IMG/VR virus record: IMGVR_UViG_3300007510_000003
Length of the DNA stretch: 56,163 nt
Reading direction: 5' to 3' (one strand)
From: an uncultured virus (IMG/VR IMGVR_UViG_3300007510_000003)
Lineage: Duplodnaviria; Heunggongvirae; Uroviricota; Caudoviricetes
Shown in pieces: positions 56,108-56,163 of this stretch. The position numbers and the translations under genes are program-made. Numbering within the stretch: the stretch's first letter is position 1; each line of letters starts with the position of its first letter. A model generated the notes under the pieces. It was not told the origin of the DNA. It did not search any database and was given only the letters and a program-made list of their open reading frames with translations.

Positions 56108-56163
56108 CTGCGACCCGTCAAGAACACACGAGAGAGATATGTGTATTCCGTTTCATGATATGG
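55944..56163 (+). CDS. Cys-containing lipoprotein, 3'-truncated by the window
   Basis: MKILTLALIALSLIAC lipobox; frame open to the window end. Confidence 0.65.
   Translation, partial: MKILTLALIALSLIACGDVTEEDCSIYDSNYSHTVVRCGLSIEGKEPVVVAADIICDPSRTHERDMCIPFHDM

Overview
This window is a 56 kb segment of a large (jumbo-type) dsDNA bacteriophage genome. Essentially all credible genes lie on the + strand, densely packed, in the standard genetic code. From left to right: (1) the tail end of a probable baseplate-hub-like gene; (2) a translationally coupled unit of a hypothetical protein, a minimal family-A DNA polymerase and a degenerate tubulin/FtsZ-like protein; (3) a replication and nucleotide-metabolism block with thymidine kinase, gp32-like SSB, RecA/UvsX, 5'-3' exonuclease, DnaB/gp41 helicase, class II ribonucleotide reductase, ThyX, DnaE, dUTPase and an IMPDH/GMPR-family enzyme; (4) host-interaction and proteostasis genes including a PiT-like transporter, a Cys-rich vWA lipoprotein of myxobacterial style, GroES, GroEL, ClpP, Hsp20, FKBP and glutaredoxin; (5) two tRNAs (Arg-TCT and CAT, probably Ile2); (6) an island of two DNA methyltransferases, two PD-(D/E)xK nucleases (one clearly PvuII-like), two ParB/DGQHR-like proteins and an Rnl1 RNA ligase; (7) an early region of many small SH3/KOW-like genes and a MoxR ATPase-vWA pair. 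The most notable non-obvious signals are near-identical sigma70 promoters occurring as direct-repeat pairs around gene cassettes, a dual-coding junction motif linking the KOW-like mini-genes, a second promoter-like motif (TAnTTA) before leaderless genes, a ROSE-like thermometer before hsp20, a candidate Pho box, and candidate pseudoknot leaders. All family assignments come from motif recognition by eye; no database searches were run.
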